NCBI RefSeq assembly: GCF_009914755.1
Contig: NC_060928.1
Length of the DNA: 64,000 nucleotides
Origin: the human T2T-CHM13v2.0 reference genome, Homo sapiens
Reading direction: 5' to 3' (one strand)
A program made the translations under genes and the position numbers. Under the pieces are notes generated by a model. The model searched no databases and was not told the DNA's origin. It saw only the letters and a list, made by a program, of their open reading frames with translations. Below, one piece after another: positions 28,568 through 44,407 of the stretch; the stretch's first letter is position 1; the number at the start of each line of letters is the position of its first letter.

Positions 28568-28871
28568 GGCTAGGCACGTGGCTCACGCCTGTAATCCCAG
28601 CACTTTGGGAGGCCTAAGTGGTCAGATCACTTGAGCTCAGGAGTTCAAGACCAGCCTGGCCAACATGATGAAACCCCATCTCTACTAAAAATACAAAAAT
28701 TAGCTGTGGGTGGTGGCGCATGCCTGTAATTCTAGCTACTCAGGTGGCTGAGGCAGGACAATCACTTGATCCCAGGAGGTGGAAGAGGAGGCTGCAGTGA
28801 ACCAAGACTGTGCCACTGCACTCCAGCTTGGATGACTGTGTGAGAGACCCCATATCAAAAAAAAAAAAAAA
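28568..28871 (+). mobile_element. AluS
   Basis: Full-length with A-tail. Confidence 0.92.
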
Positions 28872-30228
28872 TTCCTTCTCTTGCTGGCTTAATAATTTCT
28901 TCAAAATCTATAGCAACATGATCCTGGATAAATGCTTAACATCTGTTGACTGGGTCTACCTTAAGTCAATATGTAGAATGTGTGTTAAAAACCTCCAGTC
29001 AATATTTCAGCTTATTTATTTAAAAAAATTAAGTGAAACAACAATTCTTGGTCTATACAATCTTAAAAGTGGGCATTCCGTGTAGGATGTAATGTTCCCA
29101 GGGATGTCAAGCAGCCTGACTCGGTTCTGAAAGGTACCCAGCTCACGTGGAGGGCACCCTCCACTCAGACCCCACATGGATGGTGGAGGTGCCCCCATTG
29201 CTCTTCTGACATTATCATTACCTAAAGGTAATAAAAATTACATTAAGTCTTTTGCTTCTTCCATTAGTTGGGGTGGGGCTCTACCATTAATACATCACAG
29301 AGTCATCAGTTCAAAGAAAAGGCACTGCCGTCTCACTGAGCGCTTCTTTAAAGCTGCGCCTTCCAACCACAACAAGCTTGATTTCTAAATGCTACCTCTG
29401 CAGACTGCCTCTCTTCTGATTTACCCTGAAATATAGTCATATTTATTATTATCTCTGCTCTACTAGAGAAAACTAGCAAGCAGAATAGAGGTTGAGAATA
29501 TTAATCACCATTCTCTCAATTCCTCCAAGATCTCAACAGTGTACTCTAAATCGCACTAAAATGTAAACAGAGCTAGTTGGCTCTAACACCCGGGAGGGGG
29601 AAGCCAGAAGGACCAGCAGGACAGCAGATGTCTTGATAGCGGCTTCCAGACCCTCTCTGCTCCTCATTTCCCTCTGGATAAACTGAGAGTGATGATTCAT
29701 TCAGGTCATAAATAGCACATTTATGGTATTCTGAATCACAGAATTGGTTTCCCTAGCTGGTACAGGTAATGCTGCTTTACTACATTTGAGTAGCACATGA
29801 TGAAGAAAATTACATTCAGAATTGGGTGAAGAAAATTATGTTTAGTAACATCCTATAGCAAAAACTACTAAGAAGGTAAATTTGGTGAAAAAACTTACAA
29901 AATACATTTCACAGTCAAATGTAAAACTGTTACATTATTCCTGTCAGAATTTACCCACAACATATCTTGGCCTCAAAATGTGTTATAACTCCAATTAGTT
30001 GACCCTACGACAAGGAGAGCTAGATTTGTCAGTTGCCTAACATTTTTCATTCTTTTTGATTCACAGTTCGACTTCTGTTTGCTATTTATAACTTAAAGAA
30101 AATTATACATATATTTGAGAGAAAACTAGATGCAACGGAAAGGTCCAACCATAGGTAACCGAATGAATAAATTATGTATATACTTTACGGAATAAACTGC
30201 AGGATTTAAAATTTAATTGTGATATGAA

Positions 30229-30349
30229 TGTGATGGTGTATGCCTGTAATCTCAGCTACTCATGGGACTAAGGCAGGAGGCTCATTTGAGCCTAGGAGCT
30301 CATGTCTAGTCTGTGCAATAGACCAAGGCCCCTATCTCTTAAAAAAAAA
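30229..30349 (+). mobile_element. Old Alu monomer fragment
   Basis: tgcctgtaatctcagctactc...ttgagcctagga...tctcttaaaaaaaa. Confidence 0.7.
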
Positions 30350-30379
30350 TTACATTGTAGAAGAATATATATATATATA

Positions 30380-30696
<317 letters not shown>

Positions 30697-31529
30697 TATA
30701 GAAGAATATTTAATGATTTGAAGGACACTTTAAGATATACTCAATGTTAAAGGAAATAACTAAAAATAAAAATTCCCTATAAAGTGTTTTACATCTAAAT
30801 TATATAAATGACACATACACAGCAATGCAGAGAAAAAACTAGAAAGCTGTACAATAGAATGTTAACAGTGGTCCTCTCTGAACAGTGGAACTAGGGCGGA
30901 CTTTTCTCTTTATTTGTCTGTACTTTTACAAATTCTGGGATAAAGATATATTACTCTTAAAACAAGAAAATAAGAAGAAACTATGCCTAATTAAAAAAAA
31001 AGAAAAAGATAAAGAAGGCAGAGAGAAACCCGAATCCTTTGCTAAAGGGATGTTAGCAAGGGGACAATCCTGATCAAATACCCAAAGCCTCTGGCCACCT
31101 TAGCTTCCAGAAAGGACCAGGGTAGGTTGGAAGAGGTCAGGTTAGAAACTGCAGGGCTGCTGGCCCCTGCACTGCCCTTTCTCTGACATCCTAACCTGGG
31201 GTCTTTGTCAACTCCAAGCCTCACAGCAAAGCTTCCAGACAAGTACCAGAGTAAGCTATCATCCTGGAGTTAGGATGGAACCCACCTCCACCCCAGAACA
31301 ATAATAATGTTTCTTAGACTTTACTGTGCATAAGAATTGGCCTGTAAATGTATTAAAACAGAGATCTAAAACTTGCAGAGATACAGATTCAGAAGATCTG
31401 GGATGGACTCAGGAATCTACCATTGTAAGCAGCAGCATGATGGTTCTAACACAGGAAATCAGCCGAGCAGAGCCCAACAAACACGTGGCTTTCTGACTCA
31501 CAACCTAGACTGTCTCCTTTAGACCAGGG

Positions 31530-32378
<849 letters not shown>

Positions 32379-32582
32379 CCCCATGCAGCTTCTGGAAGAA
32401 GAGATCTCACAGGTCCCAGAGTCACAGCAGTGACAACAAATGAAAGAGTGCAGGTGCCACCAAAGACGCATGAACATTCACCTGTGTTCAAAAGCCAATT
32501 GTTGGTAAAAAAATTATTCCTGGTTCACCCAGAAAAGTATTACAAATGAAACTTAAAATATCAATTTTTATCAGATACTTAC

Positions 32583-32790
32583 CTCACGGAGCGGGATAAT
32601 GAGGCTACATAAGTTCTCCTCCTTGCTGGTAAAACAGATGTAATTTGTGGACACAAACATCTGCCCCAAAATGTGCATTTTGTTAAATGGAGTCCAGAGA
32701 GTGCAGTCTGTGTGGCCATCTAATTTTTCATCTTTGGGCAGCCGGAAAAGTGCACGGTATCTCTCACTCTTTGCCCTGGCATCAAGATCA
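32583..32790 (-). CDS. TBC1D9: TBC1D9 exon 6 (208 bp), GRAM domain 2
   Basis: Acceptor tttccag|T, donor GAG|gtaagt; encodes DLDARAKSERYRALFRLPKDEKL...LIIPLRE. Confidence 0.96.
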
Positions 32791-33399
32791 CTGGAAAGCA
32801 ATAATTACAATTCACATAAGAAAAATGTTTCCATACCTTCTAAATTATGCAGCAGCGGAAGTTCCCCCAGCCCATTTTCCACCTCCTCAATCTTGCTAGA
32901 CTCATCCCCCGCTTCTCAGCTTTCTTTATATTGAAGTTAACCCCAACCTAATGACCCAAAAGCGTAATAAAATTATCTTATTATATTTCAGTCCCTTGCA
33001 TAGTCACTTATAATCCATGTCTGTAAATGTTAAAGAATCATAGCAAAAATAAGCCTGAACAGGAAACTCTTCCTCTTTCTAAAGAAATGCAATACACTCT
33101 AAAGAGGTCACTGCATTTACTCTTATCCAAGCCACTTTAGGGGGGGCCTTATCTTTTAAGACCTAATGAGAATGCAAACCAGCCATATAAATCCACTGGG
33201 CCTCAGTGTCCACCCCAAATCGACAACAAAGCTGCAGGAAAAGACACAGGAACAACTCACCTTGGGCAACTATGGCTTCTGACCTTAGCTGGGTCTTCTG
33301 TTAACTACTATCTTTTCTCTAATGAGTTCTTTGTTCTTGCTCATCATGTCAGTTGTTTAAACCTCTCCCCTCAAGCTTCTACCTGACATCAGCCTCGTG

Positions 33400-34580
33400 A
33401 TGGTCTAGTCTCTGACTTCATAGAGCAAAGGTCCATGATGCAGAAGCCCCCTCCAATTCCTTCCCTTCTGTCTCCAAAGTCACCTCCATCCTCACCTACT
33501 CTTACTTCCTCTCCATTCCAAAGGAAAAGGTATATCAGGACACACAAGCATCCTTTCCATGCTTTCTCTACAAAATATCACTTCTTAAATGATCAACTTT
33601 CTTATAACTATCTCTATGTCCCTTCCTGTCTCCACACCTACCCTCACCAAAATGCTCTTCCCATCTGCCTCCTTCATTTGATACTATGTTCAAATCTTTT
33701 TCATTCTAAAAAAAAAAAGCAATCCTCCCCTCCTTTACCACTGAATTTCTTGAAAATGAAGTCTGTATTTGCCTAGTTCCCTTTCCTTGTCTTTTATTTT
33801 TTATTTGATCCGCTGCAGTAGCAGCATCTATCTTACACTGCTCTTTTGAACATGTCTCAAATCACCAAGGACATCTTAATTACAAAGACCTCTGGTTAGA
33901 TTTCAACTACCAAATGCACATCAATGATTTCCAATTTTGTATATCTTACTGGACTGATCTCTACTTAGATGAGCTACAGGCACCTCAATTCAACATAATC
34001 AAAGCTGAGCTATCGTATCCCTTGGACATGCTCTTCCTTCTCTCATTCCCTGTGTTGATGAAGGGTAATTCCAGGCACATGGGGCATCAACTTTCCATCA
34101 CCCTCTCTCTAGCTCTGCTCTCACATTCAGACTTTGAGGCTTCTCTGCAGCCTCTCCTCATCCCATGCCCTGCCACCTACTAGCCATGTGACAAAGTTAC
34201 TTCTCTCTGTGTTTTCCCTTGTGTTTCCCCCATTGTCATCTTCCCTCTGCTTGAAATATCCAGGCATGGATATGTACCTGCACAGGTAACTTCTATCACC
34301 TCTTCAGAGCCCAGCTCAAAGCAGCCTCCACTGAGAGGCCTTTCTTACCCACTCTTCCCCATCTGGGCTGAGGCTACCACTCCCCATGTGTGCACCCACA
34401 GCACTGTGTTCACAGGACCAGAAGAGTGCCTGCTGCCTTGTGTTGGAGCAGGTCATGTCTGTCTCACTTTCTGAACTGGTAGCACCTCAGCTAGTCTTTT
34501 TTAGTTTTGTATCTATACACAGAAGAGTGTTCAGAACCCTTGAAGATCGTCAGAGAAGGTTACACTGAATAAATGAATGA
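33400..34580 (+). mobile_element. Degraded L2
   Basis: Pyrimidine-rich L2-type motifs (caggcacctcaattcaacataatcaaagctgagct); ends in tgaataaatgaatga. Confidence 0.55.
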
Positions 34581-34631
34581 GTGAGTTTCTCATTTCTAAA
34601 GTCTGGAAGATACAAGGTCTCTATCACCCAC

Positions 34632-34893
34632 CGTTTTAGAGCAGACACTTTTTTAGGAGATTTCCTTTTGAGTTTGGGCAGGGATCGATCTTGTTCAAAT
34701 CCCTCATTGTCTAAGAGTTGCCTCATGGCTATGTTGGCAAGCTGCTCCATTAACTTGAAGGTCTCGTTGATGTTGAGGAATACAGAGAAGAAATGCTCAC
34801 TGGACCGTGTGCTCACTTTGATCACATCAGGCAGAAGCAGGGTGGCATTCTTCTCGAGCTGAGTGATGTCTACCCACCGGATGACCAGTTTCG
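34632..34893 (-). CDS. TBC1D9: TBC1D9 exon 5 (262 bp)
   Basis: Acceptor gctcag|CG, donor ACG|gtgggt; encodes AKLVIRWVDITQLEK...SPKKVSALKR. Confidence 0.96.
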
Positions 34894-35304
34894 CTGAGCA
34901 CAAGGAACAAGCCTGGGTCAACATCTGATTCCTGAAAACGCTTTCAAGATATTGCAGTCTCACAACCCCACTCCCCCATCCCACTGAACTCCTTTGAGTT
35001 TATAATACCATATTTGTTTTGCTTGTTCATTTTAAGAGGTAAATCTGGGCCATGTGAATTCTGAGGTCAGAATTATAGATTTAATCCATGTCTACTGAAT
35101 TAATTACACCTTTAGTGAATCTTTATTACTTAGTGACCATTTTGAACTGAAAAATAATTAAATTCACTTCAGTAGTAAAAAAAAATTAGTATTGACTTAG
35201 TTATAACTATAGATTTATTTCTGATATTTTGATGTGGTTTATGAGTTCAGGGCAAACCTCAGTAGACTTTCCAAAGTTTCCTGCTGAAATTTTAGATGAC
35301 TTAC

Positions 35305-35533
35305 CTTCCCTTCCCATAAGAAAAGAATAAAAGCAAAGGTGGTTAATGCTGAGGTACATCCAACCCTGACGGGGGACCTTCCCCTTCCAATAGCTGCAAG
35401 AGTAATAGTTGACGAGTTTCTCTTCCTCTGGCATCCCAAACAGCCTATGAAATTTCACAATGGCTTCTTTAAACTTCTCCGTGTCATCATCTTCCTTTAC
35501 ATCATTGATTTTGTTGTATTCTGCAATGATGCC
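35305..35533 (-). CDS. TBC1D9: TBC1D9 exon 4 (229 bp), start of GRAM domain 1
   Basis: Acceptor ttattag|GGC, donor GAAG|gtaagt; encodes KFHRLFGMPEEEKLVNYYSCSYWKGKVPRQGWMYLSINHLCFYSF. Confidence 0.96.
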
Positions 35534-36651
35534 CTAATAAGGAATAAAACACAAAGCACACAACTGGTATTAATATGACTAGAGATGTACATATTCCAGA
35601 AGAAAAAATTTCTAAGGCTAGAATTAAAAAAAAAAAATTGAGGAATGCCCTTCAATGGCAACCCCCAAATTCTAAGCCAATTATTGAGTAGTATTTGTGT
35701 ACTAAAATATTTTCACATAATATAGATTTTATTATATTTTTATTGGTGCTAATTTTATTTTGTTAAGTTTACTAGGAATGAAGCCTATAGTTTTACTTTA
35801 CAAATGAAGAGATACAAAGATTTTGCTAGTCCTAGTGTTTTTACTAAGCTTATTATGGTAGAATTGTCTCAAAAGTCAACTTCTGCCTTTCTCCAAGATT
35901 AATAAAAATTCATCATGAATGAGCCAGTGAGGAAAGAAAGACCAAACACATGTCACTAACTGACACTCAGCTCCACACTCACTGTCTCAGGGCCATGAAT
36001 AACACTGGGGAGCCTACAGGGAAAAACGAGTAATCATCTGAGCAGAAAAGGGGTAGATATGAGAGCAAAAATTATATTAGATGCAGGATTTTTGGACAGT
36101 TAGACAGGAAATGAAACATCTGCATAGCAAGTGACCAGGTTAATCTACCATTCAATCATTATAATAACTTGAGAAGCCATTTCACTGTTACCCAGTTCCT
36201 CTGTAATTCCCTGAAAATTGGCTTCTACATATATCTCGATGGAAAATGCTCCCTTGAATTCCACCTTTGACTTTGTAATCCTCAAATCCCTCCCGCCTCA
36301 TCTTCATTTTCTCTGATCTCAAGGTAGAACTGAAAATGCATGACCTTTAGAGCATGCAAGTCTTAGATTCGTGCTCCCACCGCATCACTGTATCTGTGTA
36401 GCCTTGGCCAACTTCTCAGATTCTCATTGACATGACTGAGCTCTCTGTAGCCCAAGGATAGAAAATTGCAACTGCCTCCTCATACCTAGAATTCCTGCTT
36501 TTTGGGCTCTTAAAGCTTCTAGTGCATCCTTGATGCTCCCTAAAAATTTGTCTTCCTAAAATGGATTTGACCACAAAATTCTTACCAAAATACTTAGTGG
36601 TTTCTAACCACCACCAGTATAAAGTCCAAAAATCTAGATCATGTACACTTT

Positions 36652-36743
36652 GTTTGTTTTAATGTTTTAATTTTTATTTTTATTGCAGACTGGCTGCTCC
36701 TTGTGAAGCAGGGTAACCCACAGGCAGTGTGCCCAGAGTAGCC
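36652..36743 (-). mobile_element. Unidentified short polyadenylated retroposon (~62-nt body)
   Basis: T-rich tail 36652-36681, body 36682-36743; TSD tagatcatgtacacttt / tagacccatgtacatttt. Confidence 0.8.
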
Positions 36744-38572
36744 TAGACCCATGTACATTTTTGGATCCAACCAATGCCGCAACTTTTTCTCACTGGACTA
36801 CATCCTACCCAAATGTCCCGTTAGTAACTGTGCTCCAGCCAGCCTGAGGCACCCTTGGGGCCTGAACATGTCATTTCTGCACTTTCCCACCTTTTTGCCT
36901 ATGGCCCTCCCATTCTACATGCCTGAAATCTGGAATCAGACTGTTCTGTTTCGTGAATCCTACCAAGTCTCAAAGTCTCTTGTGAGCCTTTTCTCAACTA
37001 TCATTCTTTTCCCCCCACATGAAGTAATGTTGATTCTCTCTGCATTATGTATTGAAATCATTTCCTGAGTCTTATTTCCACTGCAGACCTTTCACCCTGT
37101 TGCCGGTAGTTGTGATGCTGCTGAGTGGATGGCAGGAGAAAGGGCTTCAGTCTTCTATAATCTCTGTCACTGTCCTATTCTAGTTAAAAGTAAGCATGTA
37201 GACAATAATCATAACAGCAAATGGTGGGCTTACGATGCAAGCACAGCCCCAAGACAAGTCTTTATCCTATTCTTCTAACAAAAGCATCCCAAAGTCCCTC
37301 TACACAGTCCAGGAATTACTATATAATAGCTTCTCAAATGGCATCCTGACAACACTCTCCACACTCCAATTTACTTCACATGGCCACTTTCTGAAACAGA
37401 GATCTGACTACAGTATTCCCACCTTATAATCTTCCACAGGCTCTCAGTGAAAGAGAAAAGAAATCTGCACTGAATCTTAACCCATAAAATCTGCTCTCAA
37501 TCTTCCCAAGTCAACCTTTCCAGGTCCAGCATAAATACCACCTTCCCTGTGAAACCAGCCCAATTCCAAATGGGTTCTAAGCATTCTCACGTCTATGTTG
37601 TCTTAATTTACATGCTGGCAGAAAATAGCATGTTTATATGTCCTTCTACCACTAAATATGAATTCCAAAGATAAAAAGAATGTCTCGAACATTTTAATCA
37701 CCAATATCTAGCACCTAAAAGATGTTCAATATTACTAAATGAATCCATGTTGTTGTTTTTCCAAATTAAAAGATATCTTAAGGGGCCATATCTTAGTCTT
37801 TATTGTATAATCCAGAGTTGCAGATTTCTAAATCTACAATTGTTTTGGAGTTAGCAATGCCTGAGAAATTAGGTACCAAGTTGCTAACTTCTGTTCCTCT
37901 GTCATACTGGAGGGCATTATGGATAGCAATAGAAGTAGCAATGTGCTTCCCTGGAAAAATATCTAACATAAGGATATTTTCCTCTATTTACCACTGATAT
38001 CACTCCACCAAGAGAACAAAGACATTAAGCTCAATGAAGGCCAGGAGGGAGCTCAATTTTGGACCCAGGCTATTCTAGGGACAAGCAGGCGTTGGTAGTG
38101 TTACTTTAAGAACTTCAGACAACTGAAGGCAGCATGAGGGCATGGGACCCGTGGGTGGGAAGGAGAAGTCAATTCAGAAGGGAAAAGGGATGAAAAATGC
38201 CTTTCGCAGTTGGCAAATACACCTGTGGCCTATGTGACATTTCAAAGTTGTCAGTGCCTTTAGAGAAGGATCAAAAAATATCTATGAATGAAAGATTAAA
38301 TAAATGAATGAGTAAATAAAAATAACTGAATGAGAACCTGCTAACAGAAAGCAGCAGCTGGGCCTCCAGGGAATCACCAAAGGCTAACAACTTAGAGAAG
38401 CCTGGAGACCCTCAAGTGGGCTAACATGCTATTCTCCTGGGTCACTGTAGTAGCGCTCTTACCTAAAGTCAAAATGAGGAGAATGTGAGAATGAGTGACA
38501 TATAACAAACCATGAGCAGAAGTATGCTATCTAAAGATCTATTAAATACCACATTTCTAGAGTGCTCACTGA

Positions 38573-38868
<296 letters not shown>

Positions 38869-39800
38869 TGCTCATTGAAATTTTAAAGAGAAAATGCTTT
38901 TATATATGAGAGTAAATACAGTCAAGAACCATCACTCAGAAACACTCTAGGGTCTAATATACTAGTATCAAGAGACAAGGCTTTGCCAGCTCATTTCAAC
39001 AGTAAGGCTAATAGTCTCCATAAGGCTAAAATACCAACTTTCTCAACACTAAAAAAGGAAATAATCCAGAATGTAGAACCCTTTCTTAGTTGGCTATAAT
39101 TTTTTAGCCAGGTAGACTAGATTATGGAATACAGGGATAGAATAGCTCCTTCCCAGGTTCTACAGGTTTTTCTACAGGTTTCACATAATATAAAATAGGT
39201 CATTCCAGTTCTAGGCAACAGCTTCTCATGACTTTGGAAAATCCTATTATATCAGATGTTCAATATAAATTTAAATATGCAAAAGAATATTAACAGGTAA
39301 TTTACAAAAAGGAGAAATTTAACTTAGCAAACATGAAAAAATATTCAACCCCATAATAACCAAAGACAAAACTAAAACATTAAGGCTTTAACTTCTACCT
39401 ATTATATTTGAAAAACAATTTCAACAACCAAAATGCTGAAAGCAAGCAATGCTGTAATCACACAGAGATTCTAACTGACAATATCTACTAAGGTCTATTA
39501 AAAATACTTAAACTACTTAACCCATTCATCCAAATTTTGTAATCTATCCCAAAGGGGGAAAAACACAGCCTGTGGGTAAAGTTACACTGTTTGAACAAAA
39601 GTATTAACTGGATTTTTATTTGTACCTGCCATCCACTAGTCTAGAAGCTAAGGTGACTTCTAGAAAGACAGAAATGGTAAAGTCAATTATGGAATAATAA
39701 CTAAAAATTATATAACAATATTGTAGATACTGGTCAAGAAAAAAAGACGAGAACAAAATTATATGTACATGAGACTTCTATTATGACAATATGCATATTA

Positions 39801-39946
<146 letters not shown>

Positions 39947-40332
39947 GTTAAGAAAAGGGAGGTCTGGTAAGAAATACACAAAATGCTACATAAGGTGTTT
40001 GGATTATGGTTGCATCTGTAGTTAACTATTACATTTATGATTTATAAAAGTTAATTAGGTCTCAAAACAAATAACTTTGTTGGTTCCCTTGATTATTGGA
40101 CAATATGTGAATGCTTAAACCATTCATCTGCACATGAATGACATTCTTTCACACATAACTGCATTAATAGCAAATCCCTCCTCATAATTGGTTTCAGGGG
40201 AATTAAATCTGACATTTTTGGTGTAATACAAACAAAAAGGAAAATGGCTGTTTGACATAATTGGTCTTTGTTTGTTTTACTTATTTCTCCTGGCTATTGT
40301 CACTTCTAAGCTTTAGCTTCTTCCTACAGCCC

Positions 40333-40539
<207 letters not shown>

Positions 40540-41440
40540 GGAGACTATGACAAGGACAAAGGAGCAATTTGTAGGGGCTCCCTCTAAATCTGGGATAGTG
40601 TGAGCACCAAAATAATTAAGTCCAGTAATGAAACACAAACAACTGGAAAATACAGAATCCATGATTCCATGTTAATAATCGATAAATAATAAATAAATGG
40701 AGGGAAGACTCTTGCTTATAGTAGAATAATAGTTGCCAAATGGTAAATGTGGGAGAGGCCTGGAATTGGACAAGCATTATTTTATAAAATCACCATCTTG
40801 TAAACTGTCACAGTAAAGACTGGTTCAGATGAAAAATCATCAATGGATCAATCCTAAATCAAGAGAGAAATTTTGACAAGGAGTGATACATTTGTGTGGC
40901 CTGAAAATGTTTTCTTACAGAAAACTGTTTATTATTTGCAAAGGCAAAATTAGTAACTCTACAATGGAGAAATTGGATATAACACCTTGGGCTCATAATG
41001 CCAATGAGGGGCAAATGAGTGTCATGTGCCTCAAGAAATAATATCTTGAGAAGGACACAGGATCACCTATGCAGTATTCCATCCAGGAATGCAACAACTG
41101 AATCGATTCATAATATCTGACGAAATGCAAAATGAAATCATTCTAGTAAAAAACCAGAATTGTATACTTTAAAAACCTCAATGTCATAGAAGACAAGGAA
41201 AGGCTATGGAAATGTTCCAGGCTGAAGGAGACTAAAGACATGAAAACTAAATGCAATGTCTTCCTAGATAATTACCTGTACTGGAGTGGGGGTGGGGAAG
41301 GCTATAAAGGGCATTAAGTCGGCCAGTTAATGAAATTAATTAGAATATGTGTCAAATATTCTGGTATTAATGTTAAATTTACATATAATGTTAAATATTG
41401 CAGGTGATAAATGTAGTGTTGTTATTTAATAGAATATCCC

Positions 41441-41827
41441 GCATGTTCTCATTCACATGTGGGAGCTTAAAAACTTGGTCACATGGAGACAGAGTAGAAT
41501 GATAGATTCCAGAGGTTCAGAAAGTTGTGAAGGTGGGACAGGGAACAAAGAGAGGCTGGTGAATGGTACAAACTTACAGTTAGAAGAAATAAGTTCTAAT
41601 GTTTCATAGTGACTAGGTGACTATAGTTAACAACAATATATTGTCTATTTCAAAGTAGCTAGAAGAGAGGACTTGAAATGTTACCAACACATAGAAATAA
41701 TAAATACTCCATATGATGACTACCCCACATACCTTGACTTGATCATTCCACATTCTGTGATGTAAAAAACACTCACATGTACCCCAGAAATATGTAAAAT
41801 ATCATGTTATCAATAAAAGAAAAAAAA
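41441..41827 (+). mobile_element. L1MA-type 3' end inserted into an older L1M element (~40550-42010)
   Basis: gcatgttctcattcacatgtgggagct...tatcaataaaa plus A-tail; TSD (a/g)gaata(t/g)ccc. Confidence 0.8.
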
Positions 41828-42033
41828 GGAATAGCCCTATTCTTAGAAAATACACACTGAAGTATTCAGGAGAGGAGGCAAACACACATATGAGAAAGCA
41901 AATGCAGTAAAATGTTAACAGGTGAATTTGGGCAAAGGGTATACAGGTATGTTTTACTCAATTCTTATTTTTACAACATTTCTGTAAATTTGAAATTATT
42001 TCCAATTAAAATGTTTTTCTTTTATCCCACTAC

Positions 42034-42152
42034 CTGTATTTTTCCTCTCACAAATGTGGTGATATCATTCTCATTTTCAAAGATGGAGAGTGTCTGCAAG
42101 AGATTTTGCTCAAGCCATTCCCAGTGTTCAGTGATTTCTTTCCTGGAACCAC
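42034..42152 (-). CDS. TBC1D9: TBC1D9 exon 3 (119 bp): GGSRKEITEHWEWLEQNLLQTLSIFENENDITTFVRGKIQ
   Basis: Read manually (not in the ORF track). Acceptor gtacag|GT, donor CAG|gtagtg; phase fits exons 2 and 4. Confidence 0.95.
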
Positions 42153-42986
42153 CTGTACAAATGAAAATAATAATTCATGTCAGATTTCATGCCAAAGATA
42201 TTTTAAAAACCAGGTTCACTTTTTCATTATAGTCTATACCATCAAAGGAGACTATCGGACCAAGAGCTTTGCCTTTAAATGCTTTCTCTCCTCCAGAGGA
42301 GACACACACACAAGACATTTAAGGATGTGGAAACGCAAGAGTAATATTATAATCAAGTTGTGTTATAATCAAGTTTGATTAGGTGAGTGCAGAGGCTTTG
42401 AGGACACTGTTTCAGATCAGAAGGCAGCAATATTTCTCAAATTCACTTTTCTGGACTAGAGTTTAGCACATCCCTCCCCTTTCCTCCCTTCTAGAATTTG
42501 CACTTTACAGGGTAACATAGATCTTATGATACTAGGTTACAGTTGTTAAGTTGCAACAATATGAGAGCTTTGGTATGCCACTGGAGAACTGATGTAACCA
42601 CCTCCTATAATGGGCAAAAAATTACTCTCACTCACTTCAATTATGAATGAGATGTGAAAATGGACTATCACTAGGGAATAGCAGCCTGGCTCTCATTAGC
42701 ACAGTTGCCTTGAAATGTAATGGGATGAGGTCATCCTTGCAGCCTCAACCAAGTCAACACATTTTGGTCAATAATAAGAAGCATTTAAGATAACTCTTCC
42801 AGCAACCTCCAAACTTAAACAATCAGCTTTATAGTATATGTAATCACTACTCTGTTTTTGCTCACAGCTGCAGGGTGTAATAGGTATGCCATCAGGGTGG
42901 GGGTATAAAGATACTGGACTAAATTCCCCTAATGATTGTTAATGATCTTATAGAAAAATGGCTTTTTATAATTTGTCCGTATATCA

Positions 42987-43103
<117 letters not shown>

Positions 43104-43508
43104 CATATAGTATGCACTGCTCATTCCAGAACTAAAGAAGGAGTTTGTGATTCCATTGATTCACCCTTCAGGATTCTCCTTCGATTTCCAAGTTATATTT
43201 TAATTGATTTCTTTAAAGTGTCTTTTCTCTCTGTTCTTTGTCATCAGTAAGATCTCAGAATCTCTGATTCTTGACAAAGAATGAAAGACAGGAGACACAA
43301 ATGTATCTGCAATTATACTCAGAACTGTGGCAGAACTAAAATCGCTGAGAGAATGAGAGAAAGAAATTCAGGAGAGAGAGAGAATGAGAAATTTCAGATA
43401 CACTGAGGAAAGGCAAAACAAAACCCACATGTACTTTCTTTTACTTTGAGACTAAACATCAAACTTGCCTACAAGGGATGCTTATGTGAAGGATGAAAAG
43501 CAGGTATC

Positions 43509-43814
43509 AGCTGAGTGCAGTGGCTCACGACTGTAATCCTGGCACTTTGGGAGGCTAAGATGGGAGCATCACTAGAGCCCAGGAGTTCAAGACCAGGCTG
43601 GGTAACATGGGGAGACCCAGTTTCTACAAATAATAATAAGAAAAATTAGTCAGACATGGTGGCATGTGCCTGTAGTCCAGCTACTTGGGAGGAGGAGGTG
43701 AGAGGTCCACATGAGCCTAGGAGGTCAAGGTTGCAGTGAGCCATGATCACACCACTGCACTCCAGCTTTGACAATGACACAGTGAGACCCTGTCTAAAAG
43801 AAAGAAAAAAAAAA
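43509..43814 (+). mobile_element. AluJ
   Basis: TSD aaaagcaggtatc. Confidence 0.92.
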
Positions 43815-44088
43815 GCAGGTATCTTAGTGGAGAAGAGTCCAGTGAAAACACTGAAGCATACATTGCTCCTCTTCCTGGGTATTTTCCACACTTGCTCTTT
43901 CATGGCCATAAGCTACCACGTGTAAAAGCAGTGGGATAACTGTCCTACAATGTCATGGCAAGACCTTGAAATTGGGACAGCTGGGTACCTCCTCCTTCTC
44001 TGCCACCAGTCACCTGGGTGACTTTAGACAAGTGCTTAATCTCTGTCTCAAATTCTGTAAAATTGAGATCAGTTAAAAACACAAAACT

Positions 44089-44407
44089 GGCTGGGGGCAG
44101 TAGCACACTCCTCTAATCTCAGTGCTTTCGGAGGCAGAGGTGAGGGGATCACTTGAGGCCAGGAGTTTGAGACCAGCCTGGGCAACATAGTGATACCCTC
44201 ATCTCTACAAAAAAATTAAAAAATTAGCTGGGAGTGGTAGCACACACCCATAGTTCCTAGCTATGTCAGAGGCTGATGTGGGAGGATAGCTCGAACCCAA
44301 GAGTTTGAGGCCGCAGTGAGCCATGATGGTGCCACTGCACTTCAGCCTGGGCAACAGAGTGAGATCCTGTGGAGAGAGAGAGACTCCAACACAACAACAA
44401 CAACAAC
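44089..44407 (+). mobile_element. AluJ
   Basis: Full-length, with a (CAA)n tail. Confidence 0.9.
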
